A stretch of DNA of 64,000 nt from an uncultured delta proteobacterium (GTDB lineage: Bacteria; Desulfobacterota; Binatia; UBA9968): the NCBI GenBank assembly GCA_963804165.1, contig CAWDPO010000017.1, forward strand, positions 1 through 64,000. The letters are read 5' to 3'. The notes under the pieces were generated by a model. The model saw only the letters and a list, made by a program, of their open reading frames with translations, searched no databases and had not been told where the DNA came from. Below, in pieces: positions 61,258-64,000 of the stretch (positions are counted from its first letter, which is position 1; each line of letters opens with the position of its first letter). Both the position numbers and the translations under genes were made by a program.

Positions 61258-62127
61258 TCACGGTGCTAAGAGAAAATCCAAAACGACCTGGTTGAACTTC
61301 TCCACCTCGTCATTTTGTACCTGGTGTCCCGAATGTTCGAAGACATGGAACGCACGCAAATTCGGCAGCATGTCGCGCAACGGATAGCCCAGCTCGTCGA
61401 TGGGGGCGAATCTATCTTCCTTGCCCCAGATCATAATGGTGGGAATCGTGAGTTCCGGCAATCGGTGCAGCATACTGTACTGCTGGCGCAGATTCGGATC
61501 GTTCTGAAGCCGCTGGCGGTAGTTTTGCTGCAGTTTCTGTGACCTCATGGCTCCCGGTTGGGTTGCCAGCTTGAACCGTCCCTCAATGAGCTCGTCCGTA
61601 ATGCCCGCCTTGTTGGACACCAGCCCTTCGAGGACTGCGCGCATGTTCTCTCGTGTCGGTTCCGAGTCGAAGCGCCGCATTGCCCGCATCCCCTCGGATG
61701 GCTTATGTTCGAGTCCCATGGCGGCTCCGATGGACCCCGAGGCCACGAGCACCATCTTCTTAACGCGATCCGGAAAATCGAGGGCGTACCTCGCGACTCC
61801 ATAGGCGCCCATGGAGTTGCCGATCATGTACACCTCCTTCAGGCAGACAGCATCGATGAAGTCCGCAAGGTGCCTGGCGAGCACCGGATCGCCGAGTTCG
61901 TCCTCGGGTGTGTCCGTGAGGCCGAAACCGATGCGGTCGAGAGCGAAGACTTGAAAATGTTGCGCCAGGACCGGAATGTTTCGCCACCAGCCATATTCCC
62001 CGCTTGAGCCGGGACCGCCTCCGTGGACGAGGACTACCGGCCGACCCTGACCTGCTACAATGAAACGTGTCTTGACTCCATTTGCGTTGACGAAAAGTGA
62101 TTGGAAAGTATTGGTCGGCGTTGCCAT
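61258..62127 (-). CDS. Meta-cleavage-product hydrolase-like alpha/beta hydrolase (BphD/MhpC/CarC-like)
   Basis: HGGGPG, GNSMG, WGKEDRF, SGHQVQ. Confidence 0.82.
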   Translation of the reverse strand: MATPTNTFQSLFVNANGVKTRFIVAGQGRPVVLVHGGGPGSSGEYGWWRNIPVLAQHFQVFALDRIGFGLTDTPEDELGDPVLARHLADFIDAVCLKEVYMIGNSMGAYGVARYALDFPDRVKKMVLVASGSIGAAMGLEHKPSEGMRAMRRFDSEPTRENMRAVLEGLVSNKAGITDELIEGRFKLATQPGAMRSQKLQQNYRQRLQNDPNLRQQYSMLHRLPELTIPTIMIWGKEDRFAPIDELGYPLRDMLPNLRAFHVFEHSGHQVQNDEVEKFNQVVLDFLLAP

Positions 62128-62504
62128 CTATTTCTTACCCCCTCGTTGTTTTTGGTCCCACGTTCTCAGGTCTTCTGTGCCCATGCATACTAAATTTAAG
62201 CCGCTCTTTTATTCTATCACCGAAGCCTTACCGCTTAACCAGCAGGGTTGTCAACTTCGTTACTGATTTGATGAAAATCTCACTGTTGTACGGCTTGGCT
62301 CGGCGGAGGAGCGGTCGGGGTGCGCGCGCGAAAGGTTGCTTAGGCGGTGACTTTTTGAGTTTGGAAGTTTAGGACGATCAGCGGGCACGCATCGCTAGTA
62401 TCAATCGCTGGATCAGCAAGCATCGGGACATAACGTTCTTCTAGACTTGTTCTCACGGATGGAGTAATGAAAAATTGAGTTAACATCGGGAGAGGAATTG
62501 CAGT

Positions 62505-63638
62505 ATGGCCAAGGCTGGATTCAAAGTGTTCGACAGCGACATGCATGTTATGGAGCCACCTGATCTATGGCAGCGCTACATTGAACCCGAGTTCAAAGAG
62601 TTCGCCCCCATAGGACTTACCAGTGATAACTTGCGGGAACTTAGAATGGTCCACCCCGATGGGAGACCATGGGGACACAACCCATCTAGAGACAACACTC
62701 GTCGTCCCCCCGATGGAGGGAAAAATTTCGAACGCACTCAATCGGTTTATCGGCACTACGCCGATCATGGATGGTCTGCCAAAATGCAGCTCGATGCCAT
62801 GGATGTGGAAGGAGTTGATGTCGCCGTGCTGTACCCTACACGGGGACTCATTGCCCTGGCAGAACCTAACATGGAGCCGCGTCTCGCGGCGGCCATTGCC
62901 CGAGCTTACAACAATTGGCTCTACGAATTCTGCAGTGAGGATCCGCAGCGACTCTTCGGTGCCGCCATGATCTCGCCATTCGATATCAACGAAGCGGTAA
63001 AAGAAGCCCGCCGCTGCTCCAAGGAACTGGGCTTCAAGGCGGCTTTCATCCGCGCCAACCTCTTCAACGGAAAGAATTGGTACGACGAGTACTACGATCC
63101 CCTGTGGTCCACATTTGAAGAGTTGGACCTTCCCCTTGGTTTCCATGAGGCCACGCGGAGCGGTGTAAACAATCCCGGCGAGCGTTTCGAACCGAACTTC
63201 ATGCTCCGAAGGGTGTACTCCCAGCCCCTGGAACAGATGATGGCCTTAGGAAGTTTTTGCGCAGGGGGCGTTTTGGCCCGCCACCCGAAGCTCAGAGTCG
63301 CGTTCCTGGAAGGCAACTGCAGCTGGTTACCCTGGGTTCTGTGGCGGCTAGACGAAGCCGTTGAACTCGACGGCGACGTCTGGGCCAAGGGTTTGACCAT
63401 GGCACCCAGCGAGTACTTCAAAAAAAATTGTATCGTATCCGTCGAGCCCGATGAACATATCGCCCGGGGCGTGATCGATCAGTTAGGATGCGATCACATA
63501 GTCGTTTCTACCGACTATCCCCATGTAGACTCCCGTTTTCCCGATGCCATCGAAAATTTCTTAAAGTTGCCATGGACTGACGATGAAAAGCGAAAGATAC
63601 TTTGGGATAATTGTGCTTCCTACTATGGATTTCTTTAG
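62505..63638 (+). CDS. Amidohydrolase-2 family protein
   Basis: DSDMHVMEP, YNNWL, GFHE, STDYPH, ILWDN. Confidence 0.9.
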   Translation: MAKAGFKVFDSDMHVMEPPDLWQRYIEPEFKEFAPIGLTSDNLRELRMVHPDGRPWGHNPSRDNTRRPPDGGKNFERTQSVYRHYADHGWSAKMQLDAMDVEGVDVAVLYPTRGLIALAEPNMEPRLAAAIARAYNNWLYEFCSEDPQRLFGAAMISPFDINEAVKEARRCSKELGFKAAFIRANLFNGKNWYDEYYDPLWSTFEELDLPLGFHEATRSGVNNPGERFEPNFMLRRVYSQPLEQMMALGSFCAGGVLARHPKLRVAFLEGNCSWLPWVLWRLDEAVELDGDVWAKGLTMAPSEYFKKNCIVSVEPDEHIARGVIDQLGCDHIVVSTDYPHVDSRFPDAIENFLKLPWTDDEKRKILWDNCASYYGFL

Positions 63639-64000
63639 GGGATGCAGGCCGGATCTGAAATAAGATGAGTTCTCCTCCAGGGAAGCTATGTAAATTCTTT
63701 GAGGACATCCTATAATCTTTCTGTCAAGTAGTAGTTTTGAAAAACTTATCCGTCAACTTCATCAGCCATAGAAAAGCGTCCTTGCTAACGTCGCGAACGG
63801 CGAGTCTCCCACTTTAATCGAACTCTGCATCTAAGCGTTACAAGTATCCGGCATACATTGTTCAGTTGCCCAACATCCCTTATCCAGGTTGCAGCCGTTC
63901 AGTGAGAGAGGCCCCTGAAATTGTCCCGTACGAGGTCCATTAGGCTGTCAACGTAGTTGATCGGGGTCCTCTCTCGCCCGCAGAACCGATTCCGTTACGG

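Noticed and set aside
1-64000. tRNA, rRNA, tRNA-Sec or riboswitch genes
   Set aside because: None recognised by eye; a tRNAscan-SE/Infernal search is needed to exclude them
63640-64000. Possible gene end at the right edge
   Set aside because: Short frames only, with no recognisable protein motif

Overview
Mosaic, mostly GC-rich bacterial region. Its gene families and short repeats resemble Ca. Binatota / Deltaproteobacteria-like soil bacteria (inference only). It carries many catabolic and transport genes: an XDH/Cox-type molybdoenzyme L-M-S, UbiD, two cupins, a Rieske oxygenase + LigB-type dioxygenase + meta-cleavage hydrolase cluster, amidohydrolases, ThDP and PrpD enzymes, and solute-binding proteins. 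It also has a two-kinase TCS, an ECF sigma/ChrR pair, a stand-alone NRPS A-T gene and three mobile elements (HUH/RAYT-type Y1 element with terminal inverted repeats, group II intron, IS4). Highlights: (1) one continuous minus-strand frame, 7631->6273, with two in-frame TGA codons, each followed by a bacterial SECIS-like hairpin, suggesting a small-membrane-protein/DedA/rhodanese selenoprotein system that the ORF track splits; (2) the group II intron sits inside a copy of the RAYT-type inverted-repeat motif, and its candidate EBS1 loop is complementary to the TATTG core of that motif; (3) a dispersed family of GGGGTC-type ends abutting truncated genes; (4) a mosaic triplication of apparently secreted SAM-methyltransferase-like genes; (5) a molybdoenzyme with Gln at the catalytic Glu position. 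Many single-base frameshifts suggest long-read or assembly indel errors, so calls that depend on reading frame need read-level confirmation. All assignments come from motif recognition by eye; no searches were run.
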